Assembly (NCBI GenBank): GCA_027490225.1
Contig: JAIXYK010000031.1
Span: 19,354-83,353 of the forward strand
Length of the DNA: 64,000 nucleotides
From: Bacteroidota bacterium
Lineage (GTDB): Bacteria > Bacteroidota > Bacteroidia > M30B66
Direction of reading: 5' to 3'
The notes beneath the pieces are model-generated. The model searched no databases and had not been told where the DNA came from. It saw only the letters and a program-made list of their open reading frames with translations. Of the stretch, positions 45,647 through 56,545 are shown one piece after another; the first letter of the stretch is position 1, and every line of letters begins with the position of its first letter. The translations under genes and the position numbers were made by a program.

Positions 45647-47029
45647 TTATTTGCCAATACAGAATTTTCCAAAAATAATTCCGAGTACTTCATCATTTGT
45701 TACTTCGCCTGTAATTTCTGAAAGGGCTTCGATGGCTGCTCGAATATCTGTAGCTAATAAATCACTGGGTATTTGCATGTTTAATCCATTGATTACTGCT
45801 TGTAAGCATGTTTCAGCTTTTTCTAAAGAATGTGCATGACGTGCGTTACTTACCAACATGTCGCTACTTTTAATTCTTTCAGAAACAATCCATTGTGTAA
45901 AGGCATTTTTCAATGTTTCTATACCTTCATTATTTTTTGCCGAAAGCTTAATTAAATGCTCTAATGATTTAAATTCATTTAATTTACTTTCTATTGTAAT
46001 GTCTGTTTTATTTGCAACAGGAATTACTATAATTTCTGTTTTAGCATTTAATTTTATTGCATTAATTTCATTTTCCACATCTGTGGAATTCATTTCATTG
46101 GCATCAAATAAATACAGGATGATGCTTGCTTGTTGCATTTTTAAATAACTCCTTTCAATTCCAATTTTTTCAACTTCATCTTGTGTTTCACGCAATCCGG
46201 CTGTGTCTATAAATCTAAATGCAGTGCCATCAATTACCAAAACGTCTTCAATTGCATCACGCGTGGTTCCTGCAATAGAACTCACAATTGCTTTTTCTTC
46301 TTTTAATAATGCATTTAATAAGGTGGATTTTCCAGCATTGGGTTTTCCAACAATTGCTACAGGAATTCCCGATTTAATTACATTGCCTAAAGTAAACCCA
46401 TTTCTAAGTAATTTAATATTTACAATTAATTGATAAATTAATTTTTCTAATTGTGTTCTGTCGGCAAATTCAACATCTTCGGTACTGAAATCTAATTCTA
46501 ATTCTATTAAAGCTGCAAATGTCATCAGTTCAGTCCTGAGCTTTTTAATTTCATCAGAATAACCGCCTCTTAATTGCTGAAATGCTAAATTATGTGCTGC
46601 TTTATTTTCAGATGCAATAACATCTGCAACAGCTTCTGCCTGGCTTAAATCCATTTTTCCATTTAAAAAAGCACGTAGGGTAAATTCGCCGGCTTTTGCA
46701 GCAATGGCGCCTGCATCGTACAATGCACTTAAAATGCTTTGTTGAATAAAGATTGACCCATGGCAACTTATTTCAATTAAATGCTCGCCTGTATATGAAT
46801 GTGGTTGCTTAAAAACAGAAACAAGCACTTCATCTATGGTCTCGTTTTTCCAAACAATATTTCCAAAATGTAAAGTATATCCATTTTGATGGATGAGTTT
46901 TTTATTTTTTTTTCCAACAAATATTTTATCTGTTATGGAAAGTGCGTCGGGGCCTGAAACTCTTATTATTGCTAAAGCAGATGTGCCTCCTCCGGTTGCC
47001 AAAGCACAAATTGTTGTATTCAATTGCAT
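45647..47029 (-). CDS. mnmE: tRNA modification GTPase MnmE (TrmE)
   Basis: GEFTLRAFLNGK.DL.QAE, GKPNAGKS, GTTRD, DTAG, NKTD, C-terminal FCIGK. Confidence 0.98.
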   Translation of the reverse strand: MQLNTTICALATGGGTSALAIIRVSGPDALSITDKIFVGKKNKKLIHQNGYTLHFGNIVWKNETIDEVLVSVFKQPHSYTGEHLIEISCHGSIFIQQSILSALYDAGAIAAKAGEFTLRAFLNGKMDLSQAEAVADVIASENKAAHNLAFQQLRGGYSDEIKKLRTELMTFAALIELELDFSTEDVEFADRTQLEKLIYQLIVNIKLLRNGFTLGNVIKSGIPVAIVGKPNAGKSTLLNALLKEEKAIVSSIAGTTRDAIEDVLVIDGTAFRFIDTAGLRETQDEVEKIGIERSYLKMQQASIILYLFDANEMNSTDVENEINAIKLNAKTEIIVIPVANKTDITIESKLNEFKSLEHLIKLSAKNNEGIETLKNAFTQWIVSERIKSSDMLVSNARHAHSLEKAETCLQAVINGLNMQIPSDLLATDIRAAIEALSEITGEVTNDEVLGIIFGKFCIGK

Positions 47030-47082
47030 GTTACAAATATAGCGGATTATGTCATAAATATTTTTTATAATTGAAGAAATAT

Positions 47083-47634
47083 CTACAAAATATCTTCAGG
47101 TAATTCATTTTCGATTTCTTGAATTTTTAGTGTTTCAGATTGGTCTATTCCTTTAGCTTCGTACCATGCAACTCCAAAATAAACAGGCCAAATAATAAAT
47201 AATGAAATATTTTCAATCAATTCAGGATAAGGCATTTTAAGTAATACCCATATAATACTTACGGATGCAATACCTATCCAACAAAGTTTTAATATGTCTA
47301 ACCAAGATTTATTTGTATTATTTAAAAAGAAAATAAAATAACCAATAAATATTAAAATTGGTGCGAACAATAACAAAATATGGGCATATGGCCAATGCAT
47401 TATTCTAAAGAATATTCCTATAATCAAGATTAAATTTCCAGATAAATATATAATTGCATTTTTTGATCTCAGCGATCTGCTATTATAAATTAAATATAAT
47501 AAACAGGAATAAGCGCTGTAATTAATTAAGTCTTCAAGGTTAAATCTGTGTTCTATAATTAACCAAAAATATACTGCAAATACAGATAAAACAAACCATA
47601 CAGTTGCAAAATACCTATTGAAATAGTCTTTCAT
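47083..47634 (-). CDS. Hypothetical multi-TM membrane protein (GldL-N-like FRIMHWPYA segment)
   Basis: About six hydrophobic helices; ATGA overlap with the recQ stop. Confidence 0.65.
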   Translation of the reverse strand: MKDYFNRYFATVWFVLSVFAVYFWLIIEHRFNLEDLINYSAYSCLLYLIYNSRSLRSKNAIIYLSGNLILIIGIFFRIMHWPYAHILLLFAPILIFIGYFIFFLNNTNKSWLDILKLCWIGIASVSIIWVLLKMPYPELIENISLFIIWPVYFGVAWYEAKGIDQSETLKIQEIENELPEDIL

Positions 47635-49526
47635 TTATGTATGCTTATTTCACCGTTAATTTCATTTAATATTCCTTCATCAATCATATTTTTAATAATT
47701 TCTAAAGTTATTTTTTCTTCAACATTAATTTTCATTAATAATTGTTTAATATTTAAAGCGCTTGTTTTTAATTCATTTAAAATAAATTTTTCTATATTTT
47801 TATTTAAATCATTATTGGAAGTTTTTTTAGCTAAGCAAACATCGCATTTCCCACATTTAATTGGATTTTCTTCACCGAAATAACTAACGAGTTGTTGACT
47901 CCTACAAACTTTATCATTGCTGAAATATTGTACCATTTTTTCATATCTCACACGCGCATTTTGCTTTTTAGACTCATAGTTTCTAATCGACAAAGGAAGT
48001 CGGTCGGGGTGCTGTCTTCCCATATTAAAAAACAATTGTGTTTTATCTTTAAAAGGTTTGTAAGAGATGATGCCGTTAGTATCTAAATAATTTAATTTTT
48101 CAATTACTTCTTTTACATGAATTCCTGCTCTTTCAGCAATTTCAGATTCTTTAATCGGCACAAAATCGTGGAAAGTTCCTCCATAGGATCTCATAATTGT
48201 TTTAATAAAAGATTCATACTGCGGATGTTGGAACTCGAATTGGTAAATAGCTTCTTTATTTACCATAAAAATAATTTTACTAGACGAGTAGTTGTTTTCA
48301 ATAAATGTGAATAAGCCTTCTTTCTCAATAAATTTAATAGCGTTTAAGCAAATATTAGGTTTTTGTTGGTAACGTTTTGCAAATTCTAATAAATCGAAAT
48401 CATAATATTGCATTTCCCCAGCATTTACTGGTATTTGTAAGAAGTTTCCTATTAGATTATAGATAGATTTGATTAAGTCGAAGCCCGGAAATTGATCATT
48501 AAATCTATTTTCCATTTCTTCTTTATCGGCCGAATCTGTAAGCAAAACGGCCCACGATTTTTTTTCATCTCTTCCGGCTCTTCCTGCTTCTTGAAAATAT
48601 GCTTCTAAGGAATCAGAAGGCTCCAAATGAATTACGGTTCGAACATTTGGTTTATCGATTCCCATTCCAAAAGCGTTGGTGCAAACCATTACCCGAACTT
48701 TATCATCAATCCACATTTGCTGTCTTAAGCTTCTGGTATTGCCATCAAGGCCTCCATGGTAGTAAGTTGCGACAATTCCTTGTTTATTTAACCATTCTGA
48801 AAATTCTCTTGTTCTTTTGCGATTTCTAACATACACAACAGAACAACCAGCTAGTTTATTGAGAATGTTGAGTGCTTGTCCATTTTTATTTTCTGTTATA
48901 CGCACTATGTATGCAAGGTTGCTGCGTGTAAAACTCTTTTTAAATCGTTTTCCTTTTTTGAAATGCAGCCTTACTTCTATATCATTGCAAACCTCTGTAG
49001 TTGCAGTTGCAGTTAAGGCAATAATGTTAACGCCTGTTTTTATTTTTCGAATCTCAGCAATTTCAAGATAAGAAGGCCTAAAATCGTAGCCCCATTGTGA
49101 AATACAATGTGCTTCATCTACAGCAATTAAACCAACATCACAATTATAAAGGAACTCCTTGAAACGTTCGGTACCAAGCCGTTCTGGTGAAACATATAAG
49201 AATTGAAGTTCTTTGTTTATTGCGCGATCCAATAAAATTTCAACTTCTAATTGCTGCATAGTTGAAGCAATCATTCCTGCGCGAATTCCTTTTTTTTGCA
49301 GGTTTTCGATCTGGTCTTTCATTAACGCTATAAGCGGAGAAATAACAATGCATAACTTGCCTAAACACAATGCAGGAACTTGGAAACATATTGATTTACC
49401 ACCACCAGTTGGTAACAAAGCAAGGGTATCATTTCCTGCTAAAACAGAAAGTACAATGTCTTCCTGAAGTTCACGAAACTGATTGAATCCCCAATATTGT
49501 TTAAGAATTTCTGATGGAGTATGCAT
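47631..49526 (-). CDS. recQ: RecQ-family ATP-dependent DNA helicase
   Basis: PTGGGKS, DEAHC.SQWG.DFRP, TATAT, QEAGRAGRD, Zn-binding CRS..CGKCDVC. Confidence 0.93.
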   Translation of the reverse strand: MHTPSEILKQYWGFNQFRELQEDIVLSVLAGNDTLALLPTGGGKSICFQVPALCLGKLCIVISPLIALMKDQIENLQKKGIRAGMIASTMQQLEVEILLDRAINKELQFLYVSPERLGTERFKEFLYNCDVGLIAVDEAHCISQWGYDFRPSYLEIAEIRKIKTGVNIIALTATATTEVCNDIEVRLHFKKGKRFKKSFTRSNLAYIVRITENKNGQALNILNKLAGCSVVYVRNRKRTREFSEWLNKQGIVATYYHGGLDGNTRSLRQQMWIDDKVRVMVCTNAFGMGIDKPNVRTVIHLEPSDSLEAYFQEAGRAGRDEKKSWAVLLTDSADKEEMENRFNDQFPGFDLIKSIYNLIGNFLQIPVNAGEMQYYDFDLLEFAKRYQQKPNICLNAIKFIEKEGLFTFIENNYSSSKIIFMVNKEAIYQFEFQHPQYESFIKTIMRSYGGTFHDFVPIKESEIAERAGIHVKEVIEKLNYLDTNGIISYKPFKDKTQLFFNMGRQHPDRLPLSIRNYESKKQNARVRYEKMVQYFSNDKVCRSQQLVSYFGEENPIKCGKCDVCLAKKTSNNDLNKNIEKFILNELKTSALNIKQLLMKINVEEKITLEIIKNMIDEGILNEINGEISIHK

Positions 49527-49554
49527 TCCTACAAAAGTAGGGATTCATTTCTTA

Positions 49555-50082
49555 TCAACTATGCTTAAGCACAAATTCTGCTCTCCAGGCAATTGAACCC
49601 ATTGGTACAGCAACTAATTCATAACCTAAAGTTGAATAAATACTTTCTAAACATTTATGAACTTTAATAGCAGCTACAAAATCTTCTTTTCGCTCATTGT
49701 CTCTTTGGAAAATTGCCTCCCAAGGTGGAGTGATAAAAATTTTTGAATGGTATTTATATTTATTGGAAAGCTCGATTAAATCAGCGGAAATTTCTTTTTT
49801 ATCTTTCATTAGAAAGCCAATAACATCTGGAATTCCCCGGTCATAATAACTGATTACATTTTTGCCCTTTTCGAATTGCATGATTCTTCCCTGTTTTACT
49901 TTTTCTGAAAAAGAATCAATATTTATCCAGGGAACTGATTCTCCATTGGTTTCAACTTCATGCTGAATGATTTCTCTTGCAATTTCATGGTGCACCAGAT
50001 TTCCTTTTCTCTCCAATTCCTCAATGATACTAGATTTACCAAAGCCTGGACCACCAGTTAAGAGTATGCGTTTTTCAATCAT
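49555..50082 (-). CDS. AAA_28 family P-loop ATPase
   Basis: LTGGPGFGKS, E.AR.II, YDRGIPD, PPW..I...D.ERKE. Confidence 0.85.
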   Translation of the reverse strand: MIEKRILLTGGPGFGKSSIIEELERKGNLVHHEIAREIIQHEVETNGESVPWINIDSFSEKVKQGRIMQFEKGKNVISYYDRGIPDVIGFLMKDKKEISADLIELSNKYKYHSKIFITPPWEAIFQRDNERKEDFVAAIKVHKCLESIYSTLGYELVAVPMGSIAWRAEFVLKHS

Positions 50083-50328
50083 TCAGCGGCAAATATACCT
50101 TTACATTTACGAAAAACTAAATTTGAAGTTGAAAATGGTTTCAATTTATCAAGAGTTGTTAATGTGATTTATAGACATTCTAAATTTGATATGTTAAATT
50201 CAATTAAATCAAACGGTTGAAAATCAGTGTTCCAAAAGAAGTGTTTAAAGCCATAGTGTCATATTGACAATAAATTTCCTAACATTGCGGCCGAAACGGT
50301 TTTTTTAAGACTGTTATTTTGATGATTT

Positions 50329-52778
50329 ATGGAAAAGTACGTTTGTATTCACGGGCATTTTTATCAACCCCCAAGAGAAAATGCATGGTTAGAAGTAATT
50401 GAGCAACAAGATTCTGCATATCCATACCACGATTGGAACGAACGCATTTCTCATGAATGTTATGGGCCCAATGGTGCTTCCCGAATTTTGGATTCAAACG
50501 ATAACATTATCAATATTTTAAATAATTATGCGCGCATGAGTTTTAACTTTGGAGCTACATTGCTTCAATGGATGGAAGTTCATGCTGTTGAAGCATACCA
50601 ACAGGTGCTGGATGCTGATAAAGAAAGCATGGAACGTTTTGGTGGTTATGGAAGTGCAATGGCTCAGGTGTATAATCACTTAATCATGCCTTTGGCGAAT
50701 AAGAAAGATAAGCAAACGCAAGTTATTTGGGGAATCAAAGATTTTGAATATCGTTTTGGGCGAAAGCCAGAAGGTATTTGGCTTGCAGAAACCGCCGTTG
50801 ATGTTGAAACCTTAGAAGTGCTGGCAGAAAATAATATTAAGTTTACTGTGTTAGCTCCTCGACAAGCTAAAAGTATAAGGAAAAATGGAGAAGAGAGCTG
50901 GCAAGATGTGAATGGAGAACGGATAGATACAAGAAGACCTTATACATGCAAATTACCGTCTGGAAAAGAGATAGCTTTATATTTCTATGATGGAAAAGTT
51001 TCTCAGGATATTGCTTTCAAAGGACTTTTAATTGATGGGAAAGATTTTGCGCACCAATTGCTGGAAGGATTCAATGATTACAGTGATGCCATTCAATTAG
51101 TGCACGTTGCTACTGATGGAGAAAGCTATGGTCACCATCATAAATATGGAGACATGGCACTCGCTTATTGTTTAGATTATATTGAAAGTGCAGGTTTAGC
51201 AAAGTTGACGAATTATGCGCAGTTTTTATCAATAGCACCTCCAACCTGGCAAGTTGAGATTCACGACAATAGCTCTTGGAGTTGTGTGCATGGTGTAGAG
51301 CGTTGGAGAAATGACTGTGGTTGCAGTTCAGGAATGAACTTAGGCTGGAATCAAAAATGGAGAGCTCCTTTGCGAAATTCCTTGGATTGGCTAAGAGATC
51401 AATTAACTTCTGTATTTGAGAAAGAATTAGGAAAATACATAAAAAATCCATGGGATGCCCGAAATGCATACATAGAAGTTATTCTTGATAGGGGAGAAGT
51501 AAATGTTGACCAGTTTTTAACAAAATGGTGCATTGAAATGCCTAAAAATGAGCAGAAAACAAAGGTGATTCGGATGCTAGAAATGCAACGACATGCCATG
51601 TTAATGTATACAAGTTGCGGTTGGTTTTTCGATGAGATTTCTGGAATAGAAACAACTCAAATTTTGCAATATGCAGACAGGGCAATTCAATTAGCAGAAA
51701 GCGAAAGTAATGTATTACTAGAAAAAGAATTTCTTAAAAGACTTACCGAAGCACCTAGCAATTTGCCTGATTTAAAGAATGGTGCAATTGTGCATAAAAA
51801 ATATGTGCAACCTTCAAGGTTAACCCTTTCTAAAGTAGGTTCACATTATGCAGTAGCAAGCTTATTCGAAGACTTTCCCGAAACACTCACTATTTGTAAT
51901 TACCGCGCAGAAAGCGAGAGTTATGAACGTTTAGAAGCAGGAACTTTAAGATTAGCAGTAGGGAAAACGCAAGTGCATTCATTGATTACACTGAGTGTGC
52001 GAAAATTTTACTTTGCGGTTATTTGGTTGGGCCAAAATCATATCATAGGAAATTCCAGTAGTTATATGGAAGATGAGGATTTTGTAAAGATGAGTGAGGA
52101 AATTAAAAGTGCATTTAGCAATAGCCAAGTAGCTGAAGTGATAGGTATTATGCAAACTTATTTCGGTCCAGAGAAATTTTCATTATGGAATTTGTTTAAA
52201 GACGAACAAATTAAAGTACTGAATGAAATTGTAATGAAAGATGTAATTCAGGCTGAAGATTCTTTCAGGAGAATTTATAATAGAAATTACAACATCATGA
52301 CCGTGATGGATGAAGCCCGTTTGCCAATTCCTTCTGTATTAATCAAAAATTTGGAGAATGTTATTAATAGTGATATTCGACATTTTTTCGAAAATGGAAA
52401 TTTATATCCAAACAGATTGGAAAAATTAGCCATCGATGCCCTAAAGTGGAAAGTTGAATTGGACAAAACAACAATTAGTTTTGCCGCTAGTTCCAAAATG
52501 TATTTGTTAATGAGAAGTCTTCGTCCTGAAGACCATGACTACAAAACCATTGATATTATTCTAAGGGTTTTTCATGTAATGAAAGATTTGAATATCGAAC
52601 TCGATTTACGAGATTTTCAAAATGAATATTTCAATTTAGGAAAAAAACTTCTGGAAGATCATACTATCCTTAAATTCAAAGACCAGAAAAGTAAAATGGA
52701 ATGGATTAGAAAGTATCTTGAATTAGGCAAATTTATTAAAGTAAAATTGCCATCAAGAATGGAACATATAATTGAGTA

Positions 52779-52779
<1 letters not shown>
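50329..52779 (+). CDS. Glycoside hydrolase family 57 protein with DUF3536
   Basis: HGHFYQPPRE, YNH.IMPL, WLAET, ATDGE.YGHH, SWSC.HGVERW, MYTSCGWFFD. Confidence 0.92.
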
Positions 52780-52876
<97 letters not shown>

Positions 52877-52894
52877 GTAGGGTTAGGTAATTAT

Positions 52895-53938
52895 TCACAG
52901 TTGTTTTAAAAATTCCATTGTATCTGCACCATCTGCATAATCCGTAAGTTGGGGACTTTGTGCATTGCCAAAAGAAATGGAGGAGATACCAGAAAAAGCA
53001 CCAGAAACAACACATTGTATTTCTGAAACAGCTGCTGCTAATTTATATTTAAGAGAAGCTATATCCTTGTATTTTTCATAGTAAAGCACGCCAATCGGAG
53101 CATGTAATCCTTCGTCTTCTTTTAGCAATAAAAAACCATTGTCAAAATGTTCCACACCATTTATAAGGTAAATTGCTTTGTTATATTCATAGTTATTAAA
53201 ATATTTTGAATGATTTTTTAAATCATAGAATTTCATACTTGCATCAAGCAATTGAGAAGGATTCCAATCTTCAGGGAAATATATTTTAGACACGTTTCTG
53301 CAACCTAATCCAAAATAACTAATCACATCTTGCAATAGGTTTGTTAATTCCTCATCACTTTCATTTCCGGAAATTACTGCTACTGATGTCCTGTTTTTTC
53401 TAATGATATTTGGGTACTTTGAAAAATAATATTCAAAATATCTTCCCGTATTATTGCTGCCAGTTGCGATAATTGCATCAATATTTTTTAATTGAGCAGT
53501 TGTAAACTCAATGTAAGCTGTAAAATCAGGTTCAATTTTTATCAATTTATCAAATATAAAAGGCAAAAGAATCATGTCTTGTGATGATAATTTTGCAACC
53601 AACTTGTTTCCGCTAATTAATACACACAATGCGTCGTGAAATCCAACTGCAGGAATATTTCCAGCCATTATAACACCAATATTCTTTGGCTCTTTGTTTT
53701 CTTCAAAATTATATTGAATTAACCAATTTCGTAAACTTTGCACTTCGAGCATTTGAGCAATCGCATTTAATGATTGCATTACATTTTTGGGTACAAACCA
53801 AGCGTTATTGTTAACTACATTGAGCAATAATTCATTATAATGTTCATTAGAACCTAACTCCATTTCTTTCACAATGTTCTTAATTTCAGTGCCAAGCGCA
53901 GCAAAAGCTATGATTCTTTTTTCAATATGCATATTCAT
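52895..53938 (-). CDS. Acyl-CoA reductase (LuxC-like), Bacteroidota type
   Basis: IMAGNIP.VGFHD, IATGSNNT.RYFEYYF, RKNRTS, YFGLGCRNVSK, DYADG.DT. Confidence 0.88.
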   Translation of the reverse strand: MNMHIEKRIIAFAALGTEIKNIVKEMELGSNEHYNELLLNVVNNNAWFVPKNVMQSLNAIAQMLEVQSLRNWLIQYNFEENKEPKNIGVIMAGNIPAVGFHDALCVLISGNKLVAKLSSQDMILLPFIFDKLIKIEPDFTAYIEFTTAQLKNIDAIIATGSNNTGRYFEYYFSKYPNIIRKNRTSVAVISGNESDEELTNLLQDVISYFGLGCRNVSKIYFPEDWNPSQLLDASMKFYDLKNHSKYFNNYEYNKAIYLINGVEHFDNGFLLLKEDEGLHAPIGVLYYEKYKDIASLKYKLAAAVSEIQCVVSGAFSGISSISFGNAQSPQLTDYADGADTMEFLKQL

Positions 53939-53989
53939 CCAAATATTCTTTAATTTTGCACGCGAAAATAAACTTTAAAATCTATACAT

Positions 53990-54334
53990 ATGGCAATAAT
54001 GATAACTGACGAATGTATCAATTGTGGTGCATGCGAGCCTGAATGTCCAAACAATGCAATTTATGAAGGTGGAACTGAATGGCGTTTTGCTGATGGAACA
54101 AGCTTAAAAGGTGAGGTTGTTGCACCAAGTGGTGTATATCAAGCTGATACTTCACATACTCCTGTTGCTATGGACGCTTATTATATTGTAAGTGATAAAT
54201 GTACAGAATGTGTTGGTTTTCATGACGAGCCACAATGCGCTGCAGTTTGTCCAGTTGATTGCTGTGTAGATGATCCTCAACACAGAGAAACTCCAGAGCA
54301 ATTGCTAGCGAAGAAAGAATATATGCATTTATAA
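53990..54334 (+). CDS. 2[4Fe-4S] ferredoxin (YfhL-like)
   Basis: CINCGACEPECP and CTECVGFHDEPQCAAVCP. Confidence 0.95.
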   Translation: MAIMITDECINCGACEPECPNNAIYEGGTEWRFADGTSLKGEVVAPSGVYQADTSHTPVAMDAYYIVSDKCTECVGFHDEPQCAAVCPVDCCVDDPQHRETPEQLLAKKEYMHL

Positions 54335-54336
54335 GC

Positions 54337-54990
54337 ATGACGATACACCGCGAAGGACACCGCATGTTGTTGGTTTTAACAACAGTGCTTGTGCTAATCA
54401 ATGTATTAATTTTTAAAGCTTTTGATGAGAGTATAAAAGTGAGATTATTATTTCTCATACCTTCACTTGTCGTTTTTAGTTTGGTGCTTCAGTTTTTTAG
54501 AAATCCATCCAGAAAACAACATCTTGGCAACTGGGTACTTTGCCCTGCAGATGGAAAAGTAGTAGCAATTGAAGAAATATTTGAAGACGAATATTACAAA
54601 GACAAAAGAAAACTGGTTTCTGTATTTATGTCACCCTTAAATGTGCATATAAACAGATTCAGTATTTCAGGTAAAGTGAGTTATTTTAAATATCACAAAG
54701 GATTGTATTTAGTTGCAAGCCATCCAAAGTCTTCAACTGAAAATGAAAGAACTACTGTTGTTGTTGAAAACGGAACCGAAAGTGTTTTATTGAGACAAAT
54801 TGCAGGTTATGTTGCCAGAAGAATTGTAACATATTGTAAAGTAGGAGATGAAGCAAAGCAAGGAGGCGAATTTGGATTTATTAAGTTCGGTTCACGCGTT
54901 GACATTATTTTACCATTAAATGCTGATGTAAAAGTTAAGCTGGGAGATATTGTAAAGGGAGGAATTACTGAAGTTGCAAAACTTTCTTAA
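54337..54990 (+). CDS. psd: Phosphatidylserine decarboxylase proenzyme (short type)
   Basis: FFRNP, PADG, FMSPLNVH, NER, QIAG..ARRI, KFGSRVD autocleavage motif. Confidence 0.93.
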   Translation: MTIHREGHRMLLVLTTVLVLINVLIFKAFDESIKVRLLFLIPSLVVFSLVLQFFRNPSRKQHLGNWVLCPADGKVVAIEEIFEDEYYKDKRKLVSVFMSPLNVHINRFSISGKVSYFKYHKGLYLVASHPKSSTENERTTVVVENGTESVLLRQIAGYVARRIVTYCKVGDEAKQGGEFGFIKFGSRVDIILPLNADVKVKLGDIVKGGITEVAKLS

Positions 54991-55044
54991 AGTTCTGCAA
55001 TATAAATTAGCAGAATACGTATATTTGTTTATAAAATTGAAACT

Positions 55045-55323
55045 ATGAAAAAAATAATTGCAATATGCTGCTTTGCTGCTTTTACTACAGGAGCTATAGC
55101 ACTTCCATTTGCTGCGGCAACGCAAGGTGTAGAAATTTCTAATTTAGGAGATAAAGACAAAGAGAAAAAAGGCAAAAACAAAAAATCTAAAGAGTGCTGC
55201 TCAAAAGGTGAAGCTAAATCTTGTCACGGAGAAGGCGCATCTACAGAAGCTAAATCTGAAAAACCTGCTGCTAAGTCTTGCTGCAGTAAAGATGGTGCTA
55301 AAGCAGACGCTCCAAAAAAATAA
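55045..55323 (+). CDS. Small exported Lys/Cys-rich low-complexity protein
   Basis: Signal peptide; KECCSK, KSCHG and KSCCSK motifs; TATATTTG box upstream and terminator downstream. Confidence 0.75.
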   Translation: MKKIIAICCFAAFTTGAIALPFAAATQGVEISNLGDKDKEKKGKNKKSKECCSKGEAKSCHGEGASTEAKSEKPAAKSCCSKDGAKADAPKK

Positions 55324-55344
55324 AATTATTTGCTTATTGAATTT

Positions 55345-55373
55345 AAAAGGGAACAGAAATGTTCCCTTTTTTT
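55345..55373. terminator. Bidirectional intrinsic terminator
   Basis: AAAAGGGAACA-GAAA-TGTTCCCTTTT. Confidence 0.85.
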
Positions 55374-56088
55374 ATGAAGTAAAATGGAGCATTGCGTTTT
55401 CAAATTCGAGGTATGAATTTATTTCTACGGTGTTTTCTTTATGAAGAATTATATCTTCACCATGAACATTGTAAAAAATAGTTTTCCAGCCAAGTTTTTC
55501 TGCAGGCACAATATCTATTTCCCAGTCATCACCAATCATTATACTTTCTTGCATTGATGCACCTGCTTCTTGTAAAGCCCAATCGAAAATTTCTCGGTTA
55601 GGTTTTCTTGCATTTGCGCCATCGCTTGTAATTATCTTTTTAAAATAATGATGGATTTCACAGTTTTTTAATTTGAAATTCTGCACATCCTCAAATCCAT
55701 TGGTTATTATATGTAAATCAAATTTGGAATATAAACTTTCCAATACTGGAATTACATTTGGCATTAATTTCTTTTTATATGGAGTAATTGAAAGATATTG
55801 TTCTTCTAACAAATCGGCTAACTCCTGATTATCAATATTTAATGATAAAAGTGTCTTGTAAAATCTATTTTTACGCAGGTAATATTTGTCTACTTTATTC
55901 TCTGTAAATAGTGCCCATAAACTTGTATTTTCTTTATGAAATACTTTAATAAAATCTTTTACTGAAAATTCATTAATTAATTTATTCTCCACATAATTAG
56001 AAAATAAATCATGCAATACTTCATTACAATTAAATTCATAATCCCAAATAGTTCTATCTAAATCGAAGAACAAGTGTTTTATTTTCAT
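55372..56088 (-). CDS. YjjG-family HAD pyrimidine nucleotidase
   Basis: FFDLDRTIWD, ITNGF, KP...IF, MIGDD. Confidence 0.88.
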   Translation of the reverse strand: MKIKHLFFDLDRTIWDYEFNCNEVLHDLFSNYVENKLINEFSVKDFIKVFHKENTSLWALFTENKVDKYYLRKNRFYKTLLSLNIDNQELADLLEEQYLSITPYKKKLMPNVIPVLESLYSKFDLHIITNGFEDVQNFKLKNCEIHHYFKKIITSDGANARKPNREIFDWALQEAGASMQESIMIGDDWEIDIVPAEKLGWKTIFYNVHGEDIILHKENTVEINSYLEFENAMLHFTS

Positions 56089-56095
56089 TATTAAT

Positions 56096-56545
56096 TTATT
56101 TAAAGAAAAAAAGTAAACTGCTTAATAAAATTGACCAAAGTAACACTGAAATAGAAAGTGTAAAAATCACTTTTCTTTTATCTGGGAATAATTTTAAAGC
56201 CAGCACTGTTCCAACTGGAATAGAAATAATAGTTGGTGTAATTAAAGCTACTCCTATTAATCCGTAGCTTTTAATTATTTTAGTGTAAATTCTGCTTGCT
56301 TTGGTAAATCTTCTTTTTGGTTTTGTTTGAATCACTTTAAATCCTAACGAAGAGATTATAAAATCCCAGGCTTGGAATATATAATTACTGAAGAAAGAAA
56401 AAGCCAATACACCTGAAATACCGCCTGCAGTTGTAAATAAAACAAATGGGATAAATGGCAAATCAAGGGTAGCGAATCCTGAAGGAACGGCAACTACAAA
56501 TTTAACCATGCATAAAAGAAAAATTAATAAATATTTTATTACCAT
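56096..56545 (-). CDS. Hypothetical membrane protein (small multidrug export/COG2426-like)
   Basis: Several TM helices, YGL.G.AL.TP...SIPVG. Confidence 0.6.
   Translation of the reverse strand: MVIKYLLIFLLCMVKFVVAVPSGFATLDLPFIPFVLFTTAGGISGVLAFSFFSNYIFQAWDFIISSLGFKVIQTKPKRRFTKASRIYTKIIKSYGLIGVALITPTIISIPVGTVLALKLFPDKRKVIFTLSISVLLWSILLSSLLFFFK

Noticed and set aside
52895-53938. Bioluminescence (lux) operon
   Set aside because: LuxC-like reductase only, with no luxAB/D/E here. The divergent reductase-ferredoxin pair is a common Bacteroidota arrangement.
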